Part shown: piece by piece, positions 11,165 to 20,253 of the stretch
How the letters are laid out: the number at the start of each line of letters is the position of its first letter
How positions within the stretch are numbered: the stretch's first letter is position 1
DNA from: Escherichia coli
GTDB lineage: Bacteria > Pseudomonadota > Gammaproteobacteria > Enterobacterales > Enterobacteriaceae
Strand: one strand, 5' to 3'
Length of the DNA: 64,000 bases
Assembly (NCBI RefSeq): GCF_003018255.1
Contig: NZ_CP027440.1
Program-made: the position numbers and the translations under genes
The notes under the pieces: generated by a model
Seen by the model: the letters and a program-made list of their open reading frames with translations, nothing else
Database searches by the model: none
Told to the model about the DNA's origin: nothing

Positions 11165-12889
11165 ATGTCTAATAAAATCTTTACGCATTCCCTACCTATG
11201 CGCTATGCCGATTTTCCAACGCTGGTTGATGCTTTGGACTACGCCGCTCTGAGTAGCGCCGGAATGAATTTTTATGACAGACGTTGCCAACTTGAAGATC
11301 AACTGGAATATCAGACGTTAAAAGCGCGTTCCGAAGCTGGTGCGAAAAGGTTGTTATCGCTGAACCTGAAAAAAGGCGATCGCGTGGCGCTGATTGCCGA
11401 AACGAGTAGCGGGTTTGTAGAGGCTTTTTTTGCCTGCCAGTATGCCGGCTTAGTCGCCGTCCCGTTGGCGATTCCAATGGGCGTCGGTCAGCGGGATTCC
11501 TGGAGCGCCAAACTGCAGGGTTTACTGGCAAGTTGCCAGCCCGCAGCCATTATCACTGGTGATGAGTGGTTGCCACTGGTCAATGCCGCGACGCATAACA
11601 ACAACCCCGAATTACATGTTTTAAGCCACGCCTGGTTTAAGGCATTACCGGAAGCCGATGTTGCGCTCCAGCGTCCAGTTCCAAACGATATCGCCTACCT
11701 CCAGTACACCTCCGGCAGCACCCGTTTTCCCCGTGGCGTCATTATCACCCATCACGAAGTGATGGCTAATCTACGTGCTATAAGCCACGATGGCATTAAA
11801 TTACGCCCTGGCGACCGCTGCGTCTCCTGGCTGCCTTTCTACCATGATATGGGACTGGTCGGCTTTCTCCTGACCCCCGTCGCCACGCAGCTTTCAGTAG
11901 ATTATTTGCGCACTCAGGATTTTGCCATGCGTCCTCTGCAATGGCTTAAATTGATCAGTAAAAATCGCGGCACCGTTTCCGTTGCACCGCCGTTTGGCTA
12001 TGAATTGTGCCAGCGCCGCGTGAATGAAAAAGATCTCGCTGAACTGGATCTTTCCTGCTGGCGCGTCGCTGGTATTGGAGCAGAACCGATCTCCGCAGAA
12101 CAACTCCATCAATTCGCTGAATGTTTTCGTCAGGTTAACTTTGACGATAAAACTTTCATGCCGTGCTACGGACTGGCAGAAAATGCGCTGGCTGTCAGCT
12201 TCTCTGATGAAGCCTGCGGGGTTGTGGTTAACGAAGTGGATCGCGACATCCTCGAATACCAGGGTAAAGCCGTCGCGCCGGGTGCTGAAACACGCGCCGT
12301 ATCGACTTTCGTCAACTGCGGTAAAGCGTTGCCGGAACATGGCATTGAAATCCGCAATGAAGCAGATATACCTGTCGCGGAACGTGTGGTAGGCCATATT
12401 TGCATCTCCGGCCCCAGCCTGATGAGCGGGTACTTTGGCGACCAGGTTTCGCAAGACGAGATTGCCGCGACGGGCTGGTTAGACACCGGCGACCTTGGTT
12501 ATCTGCTGGACGGTTATCTGTATGTCACCGGACGCATTAAAGATCTGATTATTATTCGTGGCCGTAATATCTGGCCGCAGGATATTGAATACATTGCGGA
12601 ACAGGAACCGGAAATTCATTCTGGCGATGCGATTGCTTTTGTTACCGCCCAGGAAAAAATCATTTTGCAGATCCAGTGTCGGATCAGCGACGAAGAACGT
12701 CGCGGGCAGCTTATCCACGCGCTGGCAGCTCGGATCCAAAGCGAATTTGGCGTTACCGCGGATATCGATCTGTTGCCGCCCCACAGTATTCCCCGAACAT
12801 CCTCCGGCAAGCCTGCCCGTGCGGAAGCGAAAAAACGTTATCAGAAGGCTTATGCTGCCAGTCTTCATGTGCAGGAATCCCTGGCATGA
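11165..12889 (+). CDS. Adenylate-forming fatty acyl-AMP ligase / acyl-ACP synthetase-like enzyme, about 574 aa
   Basis: AMP-binding signature (YTSGSTRFPRGV), size typical of acyl-AMP ligases; start uncertain (track GTG at 11156, first ATG at 11165); stop overlaps next gene start (ATGA). Confidence 0.8.
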   Translation: MSNKIFTHSLPMRYADFPTLVDALDYAALSSAGMNFYDRRCQLEDQLEYQTLKARSEAGAKRLLSLNLKKGDRVALIAETSSGFVEAFFACQYAGLVAVPLAIPMGVGQRDSWSAKLQGLLASCQPAAIITGDEWLPLVNAATHNNNPELHVLSHAWFKALPEADVALQRPVPNDIAYLQYTSGSTRFPRGVIITHHEVMANLRAISHDGIKLRPGDRCVSWLPFYHDMGLVGFLLTPVATQLSVDYLRTQDFAMRPLQWLKLISKNRGTVSVAPPFGYELCQRRVNEKDLAELDLSCWRVAGIGAEPISAEQLHQFAECFRQVNFDDKTFMPCYGLAENALAVSFSDEACGVVVNEVDRDILEYQGKAVAPGAETRAVSTFVNCGKALPEHGIEIRNEADIPVAERVVGHICISGPSLMSGYFGDQVSQDEIAATGWLDTGDLGYLLDGYLYVTGRIKDLIIIRGRNIWPQDIEYIAEQEPEIHSGDAIAFVTAQEKIILQIQCRISDEERRGQLIHALAARIQSEFGVTADIDLLPPHSIPRTSSGKPARAEAKKRYQKAYAASLHVQESLA

Positions 12890-13800
12890 ATCAAACTGTC
12901 GCGGTGACGGGCGCTACCGGGTTTATCGGTAAATATATTATTGATAACCTGCTCGCCCGCGGCTTTCACGTTCGCGCATTAACGCGTACTGCCCGCGCTC
13001 ACGTCAATGATAATCTCATCTGGGTGCGCGGTTCGCTGGAAGATACACATTCGCTTAGCGAACTGGTTGCCGGAGCCAGCGCGGTGGTCCATTGCGCCGG
13101 ACAAGTGCGCGGACACAAAGAAGAGATTTTTACCCGCTGTAACGTTGACGGCAGCCTGCGCCTGATGCAAGCGGCAAAAGAGAGCGGCTTTTGCCAACGT
13201 TTTCTGTTTATCTCTTCGCTGGCGGCGCGCCATCCCGAACTCTCCTGGTACGCAAATTCCAAACACGTCGCCGAACAACGACTGATCGCAATGGCTGACG
13301 AAATTACGCTGGGCATTTTTCGCCCGACAGCCGTGTATGGTCCCGGCGATAAAGAGTTAAAACCGCTGTTTGACTGGATGCTGCGCGGCCTGCTGCCACG
13401 ACTTGGTGCGCCAGATACACAACTCTCTTTCCTGCACGTCACCGATTTTGCGCAAGCAGTGGGTCAGTGGTTAAACGCCGAAACTGTACAGACGCAAACC
13501 TATGAATTATGCGATGGCGTCGCTGGCGGCTATGACTGGCAACGCGTACGACAGCTTGCCGCCGAAGCCCGTTGTGGTTCTGTGCGGATGGTTGGCATTC
13601 CTCTGCCGCTACTCACCTGCCTTGCGGATATCAGTACTGCGTTGAGTCGCCTGGCAGGTAAAGAACCTATGCTGACCCGCTCGAAAATTCGTGAATTAAC
13701 CCACGCCGACTGGTCGGCAAATAATAACCGTATTTCTGAAGATATTAATTGGTTTCCCGGGATTAGCCTGGAACACGCATTACGCAACGGGCTATTTTGA
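12886..13800 (+). CDS. NAD(P)-dependent epimerase/dehydratase-family reductase, 304 aa
   Basis: N-terminal Rossmann motif VTGATGFIGKYI; start at ATG 12886 overlapping upstream stop (ATGA); track ORF from 12676 is an out-of-operon extension. Confidence 0.8.
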   Translation: MNQTVAVTGATGFIGKYIIDNLLARGFHVRALTRTARAHVNDNLIWVRGSLEDTHSLSELVAGASAVVHCAGQVRGHKEEIFTRCNVDGSLRLMQAAKESGFCQRFLFISSLAARHPELSWYANSKHVAEQRLIAMADEITLGIFRPTAVYGPGDKELKPLFDWMLRGLLPRLGAPDTQLSFLHVTDFAQAVGQWLNAETVQTQTYELCDGVAGGYDWQRVRQLAAEARCGSVRMVGIPLPLLTCLADISTALSRLAGKEPMLTRSKIRELTHADWSANNNRISEDINWFPGISLEHALRNGLF

Positions 13801-13831
13801 TTGTCTTGTTTAAAGGTGTGTTAACGTTTCT

Positions 13832-14080
13832 ATGGTAAATCGTGAAATAGTAATGGATTACATCCTTTCCTGTTTACAGGATTTGGTCGAAAACGGTGTG
13901 GAAATTAAGCCCGACAGCGATCTCGTCAACGATCTTGGCCTGGAGTCGATCAAAGTGATGGATCTCTTAATGATGCTGGAAGACAGATTCGATATTTCCA
14001 TTCCTATTAATATTCTGCTGGATGTCAAAACCCCTGCGCAATTAATGGAAACTCTACTTCCATGGCTGGAGAATAAATAA
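13832..14080 (+). CDS. Dedicated acyl carrier protein, 82 aa
   Basis: Small acidic protein with phosphopantetheine-attachment-like motif DLGLESIKVMDL; stop overlaps next start (TAATG). Confidence 0.75.
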   Translation: MVNREIVMDYILSCLQDLVENGVEIKPDSDLVNDLGLESIKVMDLLMMLEDRFDISIPINILLDVKTPAQLMETLLPWLENK

Positions 14081-15252
14081 TGGGGCTATACGATAAATAT
14101 GCGCGCCTTGCTGGCGAGCGCCTGCAATTTAGTGACAACGGGTTAACACCATTTGGCACCTGTATTGATGAAGTGTATTCCGCCACCGAAGGCCGGATCG
14201 GCAATAAAAAAGTGATTCTGGCCGGGACCAATAATTATCTCGGTTTAACCTTTAATCATGATGCTATCCGCGAAGGTCAGGCAGCGTTAGCGGCCCAAGG
14301 CACTGGCACCACCGGTTCTCGTATGGCAAACGGCAGTTATGCGCCGCATCTGGCGTTAGAGAAAGAGATTGCCGAGTTTTTCAATCGCCCTACCGCTATC
14401 GTTTTTTCAACCGGTTATACCGCTAATTTAGGTGTCATCAGCGCACTTGCCGACCATAACGCCGTGGTGTTACTGGATGCCGACAGCCACGCCAGTATTT
14501 ATGACGCCTGTTCTCTCGGCGGCGCAGAGATTATTCGTTTCCGCCATAATGACGTCAACGATCTGGAACGGCGCATGGTCCGCCTCGGTGAACGGGCGAA
14601 AGAGGCGATTATTATCGTTGAAGGCATCTACAGTATGCTCGGTGACGTTGCGCCGCTGGCAGAAATTGTTGATATCAAACGTCGTCTCGGTGGTTATTTG
14701 ATTGTCGATGAAGCACATTCGTTTGGCGTGTTAGGCGCAACAGGCCGCGGACTGGTTGAAGCCGTTGGCGTTGAAGACGACGTGGATATTATCGTCGGCA
14801 CCTTCAGTAAAAGTTTGGCTTCCATTGGTGGTTTTGCCGTGGGTTCAGAAGCGATGGAAGTGCTGCGCTACGGCAGCCGCCCGTATATTTTTACCGCCTC
14901 TCCTTCTCCGTCCTGCATTGCGACCGTGCGCTCGTCGTTAAGAACCATTTCCACACAACCAGAGCTGCGGCAAAAACTGATGGATAACGCCAACAATCTG
15001 TATGACGGTCTGCAAAAACTGGGTTATGAGTTAAGTTCACATATTAGCCCGGTAGTGCCAGTAATAATCGGTTCGAAAGAGGAAGGTTTACGCATCTGGC
15101 GCGAGCTTATTTCGCTGGGCGTTTATGTGAATCTTATCCTGCCACCTGCCGCGCCTGCAGGCATCACGCTGCTGCGCTGTAGCGTAAACGCTGCCCACAG
15201 TCGTGAGCAAATCGATGCCATCATTCAGGCATTTGCTACTCTGAAGCAGTAA
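14080..15252 (+). CDS. PLP-dependent alpha-oxoamine synthase, serine-palmitoyltransferase-like, 390 aa
   Basis: Class-II aminotransferase fold with PLP-lysine motif GTFSKSLASIGG; distinct from BioF and Kbl; translationally coupled to the ACP gene. Confidence 0.8.
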   Translation: MGLYDKYARLAGERLQFSDNGLTPFGTCIDEVYSATEGRIGNKKVILAGTNNYLGLTFNHDAIREGQAALAAQGTGTTGSRMANGSYAPHLALEKEIAEFFNRPTAIVFSTGYTANLGVISALADHNAVVLLDADSHASIYDACSLGGAEIIRFRHNDVNDLERRMVRLGERAKEAIIIVEGIYSMLGDVAPLAEIVDIKRRLGGYLIVDEAHSFGVLGATGRGLVEAVGVEDDVDIIVGTFSKSLASIGGFAVGSEAMEVLRYGSRPYIFTASPSPSCIATVRSSLRTISTQPELRQKLMDNANNLYDGLQKLGYELSSHISPVVPVIIGSKEEGLRIWRELISLGVYVNLILPPAAPAGITLLRCSVNAAHSREQIDAIIQAFATLKQ

Positions 15253-15257
15253 TGTGA

Positions 15258-15292
15258 GCCCGCTGTGGTGTTGCGCCACGGCGGGTTTAATG
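15258..15292. terminator. Convergent hairpin (cccgctgtgg...ccacggcggg) with T-rich tail between the synthase gene and the LptG-like gene
   Basis: About 10-bp stem read from sequence, followed by tttaatg. Confidence 0.4.
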
Positions 15293-16366
15293 TTGTCTGT
15301 CATACCAATACACCAGGCTCAACGCCACCAGCACAAACGCTACCGGTAAACCGAGCGCGGTAACAGGTGCGCTCAACGCAAATAACAATCCCAGATTGAC
15401 CATGATTTGATAGCTGATCCAGGTGAGTAAGCCAACGATGACGCCTACAGCGAGACGGCTACCCATCCCAGGCGAACGCGGGGCGCTAAAGGTAAACGGC
15501 ACAGCCAGCAAAATCATCGCCAGGGTCAAGATGGGTTGTCCCAGTTTTTCCCACAGTGCAAGGCGGTATTCGCTGCTGGGTTGCCCGGTTTCCTGCAAAT
15601 AATGGATGTAATGATTAAGTTGACGGACAGAAAAAGTATTTCCCGGCATCGATAACTCTTCAAGATTCATACTGGTGAAGGCCGATTGCCAGGGAAGATT
15701 ATCAGATGTTTCCTGCGTTTCTTTGCCATTCAGCCATTTTTTATGATTCACACCATGCAGGATCCACGTTTTGTCGTCTTCAATGGTAGCACTGCGCGCA
15801 TAAATGTAGGATTCGAGCGAGAGATCATCGCGGTAATGAAATATCTCCACGTCCACCGGCTGGCCCTGCTCGTTCAGCGATTTCACCGTCACAAATTCAT
15901 TACCACGCCTGGCCCACAGCATATTGCCGGTAATGTCATCGTCCTCCCCCAACGCAGTGGCAGTCGATTTGATTTGCAGCGCCTGTTGCTGCAATGGCGA
16001 CGCCACCCACTCATCTATCGCGCCTAATGAAACAGTCCACAATATCCCGGCAACCAGCGCCACCAGTGCAATACGGAAGATAGAAAACCCCGTGCTGCGA
16101 ATGGCGGTAAGCTCACTGTTTTTCGATAACTGCCCCAGGCCGACAATCCCTCCCAATAAGGCGATAAACGGCGAAAGTTCGACCAGTGTGCGCGGTAAGG
16201 TCATCAGCACCACCAGCACCGCCTGAGTCCAGCGATAACCACCCGGGCTGACATCATCCAGTTCGTTAATCAGGTTGAAGGTGGTAAAAAGCGGCAGCAA
16301 TAGCCCTGCGGCGGCGGCAAAACCGAGAAAGAGATGACGGATTAAATAGCGACTGAAAACATTCAT
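15287..16366 (-). CDS. LptG/LptF-family (YjgP/YjgQ) permease paralog, about 359 aa
   Basis: N-terminus MNVFSRYLIRHLF typical of LptF/G permeases; trimmed to ATG at 16366 overlapping upstream stop (ATGA). Confidence 0.75.
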   Translation of the reverse strand: MNVFSRYLIRHLFLGFAAAAGLLLPLFTTFNLINELDDVSPGGYRWTQAVLVVLMTLPRTLVELSPFIALLGGIVGLGQLSKNSELTAIRSTGFSIFRIALVALVAGILWTVSLGAIDEWVASPLQQQALQIKSTATALGEDDDITGNMLWARRGNEFVTVKSLNEQGQPVDVEIFHYRDDLSLESYIYARSATIEDDKTWILHGVNHKKWLNGKETQETSDNLPWQSAFTSMNLEELSMPGNTFSVRQLNHYIHYLQETGQPSSEYRLALWEKLGQPILTLAMILLAVPFTFSAPRSPGMGSRLAVGVIVGLLTWISYQIMVNLGLLFALSAPVTALGLPVAFVLVALSLVYWYDRQH

Positions 16367-17433
16367 CGGGAAAATTTCTGCAGCAAAGAGAAGTCGCGTG
16401 CGACCAACATCAGCAGGCCCATTAGCATGAGTCCGGGTACTAACCACAAACCAGGAATGAGGGGAATCGCGCCGTTAGCCACCAGCGTACGGCAGACGTC
16501 GCCGCCATAAAAAATGGCAACAAACAGCAACGTCAGTGGCAATAACGTTGAAAATCGCCCTTGCCGCGGTTTTACCCGACTTAATGAAATGGCCAGCAGC
16601 GCCATCAACAATGCTGTCAGGCCACGGCTTTGTCGCCATTGCAGTTCGGCATGATCGGCAGGAAAGGCGGAGCGCGCCAGCTCCGTGACCGATTTTGCTT
16701 TGCGTTTGACGTTAGGGCTTTGATCCAGCGGATTCAGATGTAATTGCAGATTACGGTAGATCTGTTCGTTGTCGTCACGCCCCTGATGATCGAGAAGATA
16801 GGCGGTCCCGTTATGCAACATAACGGTCGGTTTCTCAGGTGATGGGTCAACCACATCAACCGAACGGGCGCGGAAAATGCGGGTTCGATTAGCAGTAGAA
16901 GTATAAATCAGCGCATCAGTCAGGCGATTATTATCCTGATCAACCGTCTGCGAAAGGATCATTCGTCCGTTATCGTTAGTGTTAAATTTCTTTGCCCGCA
17001 ACTGGCGAACATCCAGCTCCGACTGTGACTGTTGCTCCAGTTGATAAATCTGCGCATAAGCCCACGGACGACCATACATCGACAGAAGGGTGACAAAAAT
17101 ACTTAGCGGTATCGCCAGATAAAGAACGGCTTTGTACAAGCGTCCCGGACTGCCCCCCGCCGCAGAGATAGCGGTAATTTCCGAGTCGGTATACATCTGC
17201 CCTAGCGTCACGCCAACTGACACATACAGTCCAACAGGTAACAACATCTCCAGTGCAATCAGCACTTTGTAGAAAACGATATCCAGCACAACATCAAGAG
17301 CTAATGTCCCATTTGCCGCTTCGGTCAGATAACGCTGTGCGGAGTAGCTGGCGAAAATAAAGATCAGAAAACCGACGATAATCAGCACCAGACGGCGCGT
17401 ACCACGCATGATGTAGTGTTCAACCAGCTTCAT
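16363..17433 (-). CDS. LptF/LptG-family (YjgP/YjgQ) permease paralog, 356 aa
   Basis: Polytopic membrane protein with LptF/G-like N-terminus; operon partner of 15287-16366. Confidence 0.75.
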   Translation of the reverse strand: MKLVEHYIMRGTRRLVLIIVGFLIFIFASYSAQRYLTEAANGTLALDVVLDIVFYKVLIALEMLLPVGLYVSVGVTLGQMYTDSEITAISAAGGSPGRLYKAVLYLAIPLSIFVTLLSMYGRPWAYAQIYQLEQQSQSELDVRQLRAKKFNTNDNGRMILSQTVDQDNNRLTDALIYTSTANRTRIFRARSVDVVDPSPEKPTVMLHNGTAYLLDHQGRDDNEQIYRNLQLHLNPLDQSPNVKRKAKSVTELARSAFPADHAELQWRQSRGLTALLMALLAISLSRVKPRQGRFSTLLPLTLLFVAIFYGGDVCRTLVANGAIPLIPGLWLVPGLMLMGLLMLVARDFSLLQKFSR

Positions 17434-17462
17434 CTCACTAACGCCCTCAATCCTTTGAATTT

Positions 17463-18026
17463 TTATTCATTGATCAGCTTCTGCGCCAGCGCAATGACAT
17501 GATCTACCTCTTCCGGCGTCAGGCTGCCGTCCTTTGCCCACTGAATTTGCCCGGTTTTATTCAGCACCAGAATGGTTGAACTCTGCTCCTGCAAGTGCCA
17601 GGCAACGCGTCCCTGTCCATTGCCGTCAATAACGAATTGCGCCCATGGATAGCGGCGTTTATTTTTTTCGATTTTGCCAACGACAAAATAGCCGGTACCA
17701 AAGATGGCATCATCAGTGTTCACAATGGTGGTGGGCTGAAAACGATCCTGCGGAAAGTTTGCCGCTTCAACTGCTTTAATTAACAGTGAGTTCTTTTTCT
17801 TCGCCGACTTACGCCCGGCGATATACTGAATAATGCGAACTTTTCCCGCCAATTGGGTGCTGTTCCACTTTTGGTAGTGAATTTCGTCGTCGCTATTCCG
17901 AAGCAGCTCGCCGCCTTCCTGGATATAAACGGGGGTAACCGTTTTGCCAGTGACGAAATTGTGTGCCTGCACACCCGGGGCTAAGAGCATGATAATCAGC
18001 GCAATAATCAAACGAGATGACATCAT
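17463..18026 (-). CDS. Secreted/periplasmic protein with cleavable signal peptide, possibly YtfJ-like, 187 aa
   Basis: N-terminal signal peptide (...LLAPGVQA/HN); family assignment tentative. Confidence 0.55.
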   Translation of the reverse strand: MMSSRLIIALIIMLLAPGVQAHNFVTGKTVTPVYIQEGGELLRNSDDEIHYQKWNSTQLAGKVRIIQYIAGRKSAKKKNSLLIKAVEAANFPQDRFQPTTIVNTDDAIFGTGYFVVGKIEKNKRRYPWAQFVIDGNGQGRVAWHLQEQSSTILVLNKTGQIQWAKDGSLTPEEVDHVIALAQKLINE

Positions 18027-18034
18027 TGCTCCGG

Positions 18035-18859
18035 TTATAGCGGAAAACGCGAAATCAGCAGTTCTAAGCGCTGGCGAATATCGCTATCCAGCGCCATCGG
18101 TGCATCATACGACTGGCGGTTTTCCATATCATCCGCCACCATGTCGTCGTGTTTATCCCCCATCAGGCCATTAATGGCGGCGAGGAAGCGGGAAATCTGT
18201 AACGCTTCTTTATTTTCAGGATCAAGCGATCTTAGGGTGTCGTAATAAGAAACCTGCTGGCTGATGATTTTTCGCACATCATGAAATTCCCTGCCGGTTA
18301 GTCGCGGTTTGGCAATTATCTCTTTCAGGGTATGCATTTGCTTTTGCCGATAGGCAATAAAACCGCTTACGCTTTCTAACTGGCTATGGCGTAATGAATA
18401 GTTCACCAACGACCAGACCGGAGAGCTTAAATAAACCCGTAACAGGTTGCCGTAATACGACACAATATTTTTCTTACCGTTACGAAAGCCGTCCTGAAAA
18501 CGCCCCAAAAAAACGGTCGTTTTGCCGAATAAAAATCCGGCCTGATGCTTCTTTAAATACAGCCGTTGCGCAAAACGCAGGTGCTTGTAGCGCGCTCGCA
18601 TGTATTTAAATTGTTTGCGCTCATCAGCAGTCAGCTCATCGCCTTTGGCCTGTTTGCATATTAAACGCAGTAACTCCTGGCGATTGACGCCATTGAGCCA
18701 GAATTGCAGGCATAACGCGTAATTATCATGGATGATTTCGGTGGTACAACTTAGTGCGATAGTCGGCGGCAAACTGACCTGTGCATCAACGACATCATCT
18801 TCTTCAATCGCAACAAATAGACGCTCGCTCGCCTCTAGCGGGAAATATTTTCTCATCAT
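18035..18859 (-). CDS. Hypothetical protein, 274 aa
   Basis: Full-length ORF in operon; start overlaps the stop of yghQ by 1 nt; no domain recognised. Confidence 0.6.
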   Translation of the reverse strand: MMRKYFPLEASERLFVAIEEDDVVDAQVSLPPTIALSCTTEIIHDNYALCLQFWLNGVNRQELLRLICKQAKGDELTADERKQFKYMRARYKHLRFAQRLYLKKHQAGFLFGKTTVFLGRFQDGFRNGKKNIVSYYGNLLRVYLSSPVWSLVNYSLRHSQLESVSGFIAYRQKQMHTLKEIIAKPRLTGREFHDVRKIISQQVSYYDTLRSLDPENKEALQISRFLAAINGLMGDKHDDMVADDMENRQSYDAPMALDSDIRQRLELLISRFPL

Positions 18860-20208
18860 CAGGATTTCTCTCCGGCTGCGTTATAAAGCAAGGAATGGCG
18901 CTGAAAAAATGCCTTTAAGGTCGGAATTAGCGAAAGCACCACATCCAGACATTGACCACCGAAATAAGCAAACGCTGCTCCCAGCACGCCAAACAGATGA
19001 CAGAACATGAACAGCAATACGATGTAGCCGATTGAGGCGATGGTTTGCGCCACGAGAAAAGCGCGCTGTTTTCCCGCCATCAATAGCAATGACTCCTGAG
19101 GGAAGCCCAGCATCGAGATCACAATTGCGCCCAGCATCACCTGAATCAGGTCATACGCTTCGAGATACTTAACGCCAAACACCAGCGAAATGAGCGGCTT
19201 GCCGACAATCAACACCGCGAGCGCCACCAGAATACCGATTCCGCCCGCCAGTAAACCTGACTTCACGCCTAACAACCACGGTCTGGTGGTACGCGGATCT
19301 AAACGCATCACCTCTGGGTAAAAACTTTTGCCCAGTAAACCCGCTGGCGTTCCGGCGGCGTCGAAGAATGTCATGGCGATTTTAAATAACCCGGCGGCAG
19401 CGGGTCCTAACACGATCCCCACCAACACTGTGCTGCACGAATTACGCGCCGACCAGATGGAATGGGCAATGTTGGTTGACCAGACAAAACTCCACGCGCC
19501 TTTGATGTGTCGGGCAGACTCAAACAGATTCAATTTGAACGCGTTATGGATATTTCTGCGGCGTAATTCACGTGCGGCAAACCACCAGTACATGGTGCCG
19601 CCAACAAGATTCGAGGCGTACCAGGCAATAACAAAACCCGCAAAACCAAAGTCAAAATACCAGGCAACGACGCTCCCCGCTGCGCGCAGAAAAGGTTTCG
19701 TCGCTTGCTGTACAGCAATTAGATCGAAGCGATCTACCGCACGCAGAATGCCGGTCGGCGTGGAGGAAGCCATTGAAGGAATGAGCGTGCAATACAGCGC
19801 TGCCAGCCAAAAGCTTTGGTCATCCAGACCTAATGAATGGGAAAGAAAAGGGAGTAAGGCAATGCCGCCGACAATCGCCACCGCGCCGCTGACGATATCC
19901 AGCGAGAAGGAAAATGAGACGACATTGCGGAATTGCTGCGGATTATTGTTGGTTAATGCTGGTGTTCCGTACTGAACCACCAGCTGCCATGTCTGAAACT
20001 TAATAAAATCGCTGATCGACTTGGCGTACGATTGTACAATCACCAGTACGCCAAACATGGCGGGCGTCATCCCTTTACCGGCACACGAGAGCGCCAACAG
20101 ACCCAGCAAAGCGCTCACGACATTACTGGAGCCTAACCAGGCGCTATTGCGAATAATGGTGCGAAACGCGCCATCTGCAAACCAATGTTTGATGTTAAAA
20201 CCCGCCAA
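18859..20208 (-). CDS. yghQ: MOP-superfamily flippase/exporter, full-length 449 aa
   Basis: Polytopic membrane ORF at the K-12 yghQ position; K-12 YghQ recalled as 355 aa, suggesting a 3'-truncated K-12 copy. Confidence 0.75.
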   Translation of the reverse strand: MAGFNIKHWFADGAFRTIIRNSAWLGSSNVVSALLGLLALSCAGKGMTPAMFGVLVIVQSYAKSISDFIKFQTWQLVVQYGTPALTNNNPQQFRNVVSFSFSLDIVSGAVAIVGGIALLPFLSHSLGLDDQSFWLAALYCTLIPSMASSTPTGILRAVDRFDLIAVQQATKPFLRAAGSVVAWYFDFGFAGFVIAWYASNLVGGTMYWWFAARELRRRNIHNAFKLNLFESARHIKGAWSFVWSTNIAHSIWSARNSCSTVLVGIVLGPAAAGLFKIAMTFFDAAGTPAGLLGKSFYPEVMRLDPRTTRPWLLGVKSGLLAGGIGILVALAVLIVGKPLISLVFGVKYLEAYDLIQVMLGAIVISMLGFPQESLLLMAGKQRAFLVAQTIASIGYIVLLFMFCHLFGVLGAAFAYFGGQCLDVVLSLIPTLKAFFQRHSLLYNAAGEKS

Positions 20209-20253
20209 TTCAGCCTGACCTTATCGTTGATAGTAAAAAGTATCCCGCCAGCC

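Noticed and set aside
11894-12454. 186-aa minus-strand ORF
   Set aside because: Antisense within the acyl-AMP ligase gene; shadow ORF.
19328-19975. 215-aa plus-strand ORF
   Set aside because: Antisense within yghQ; shadow ORF.
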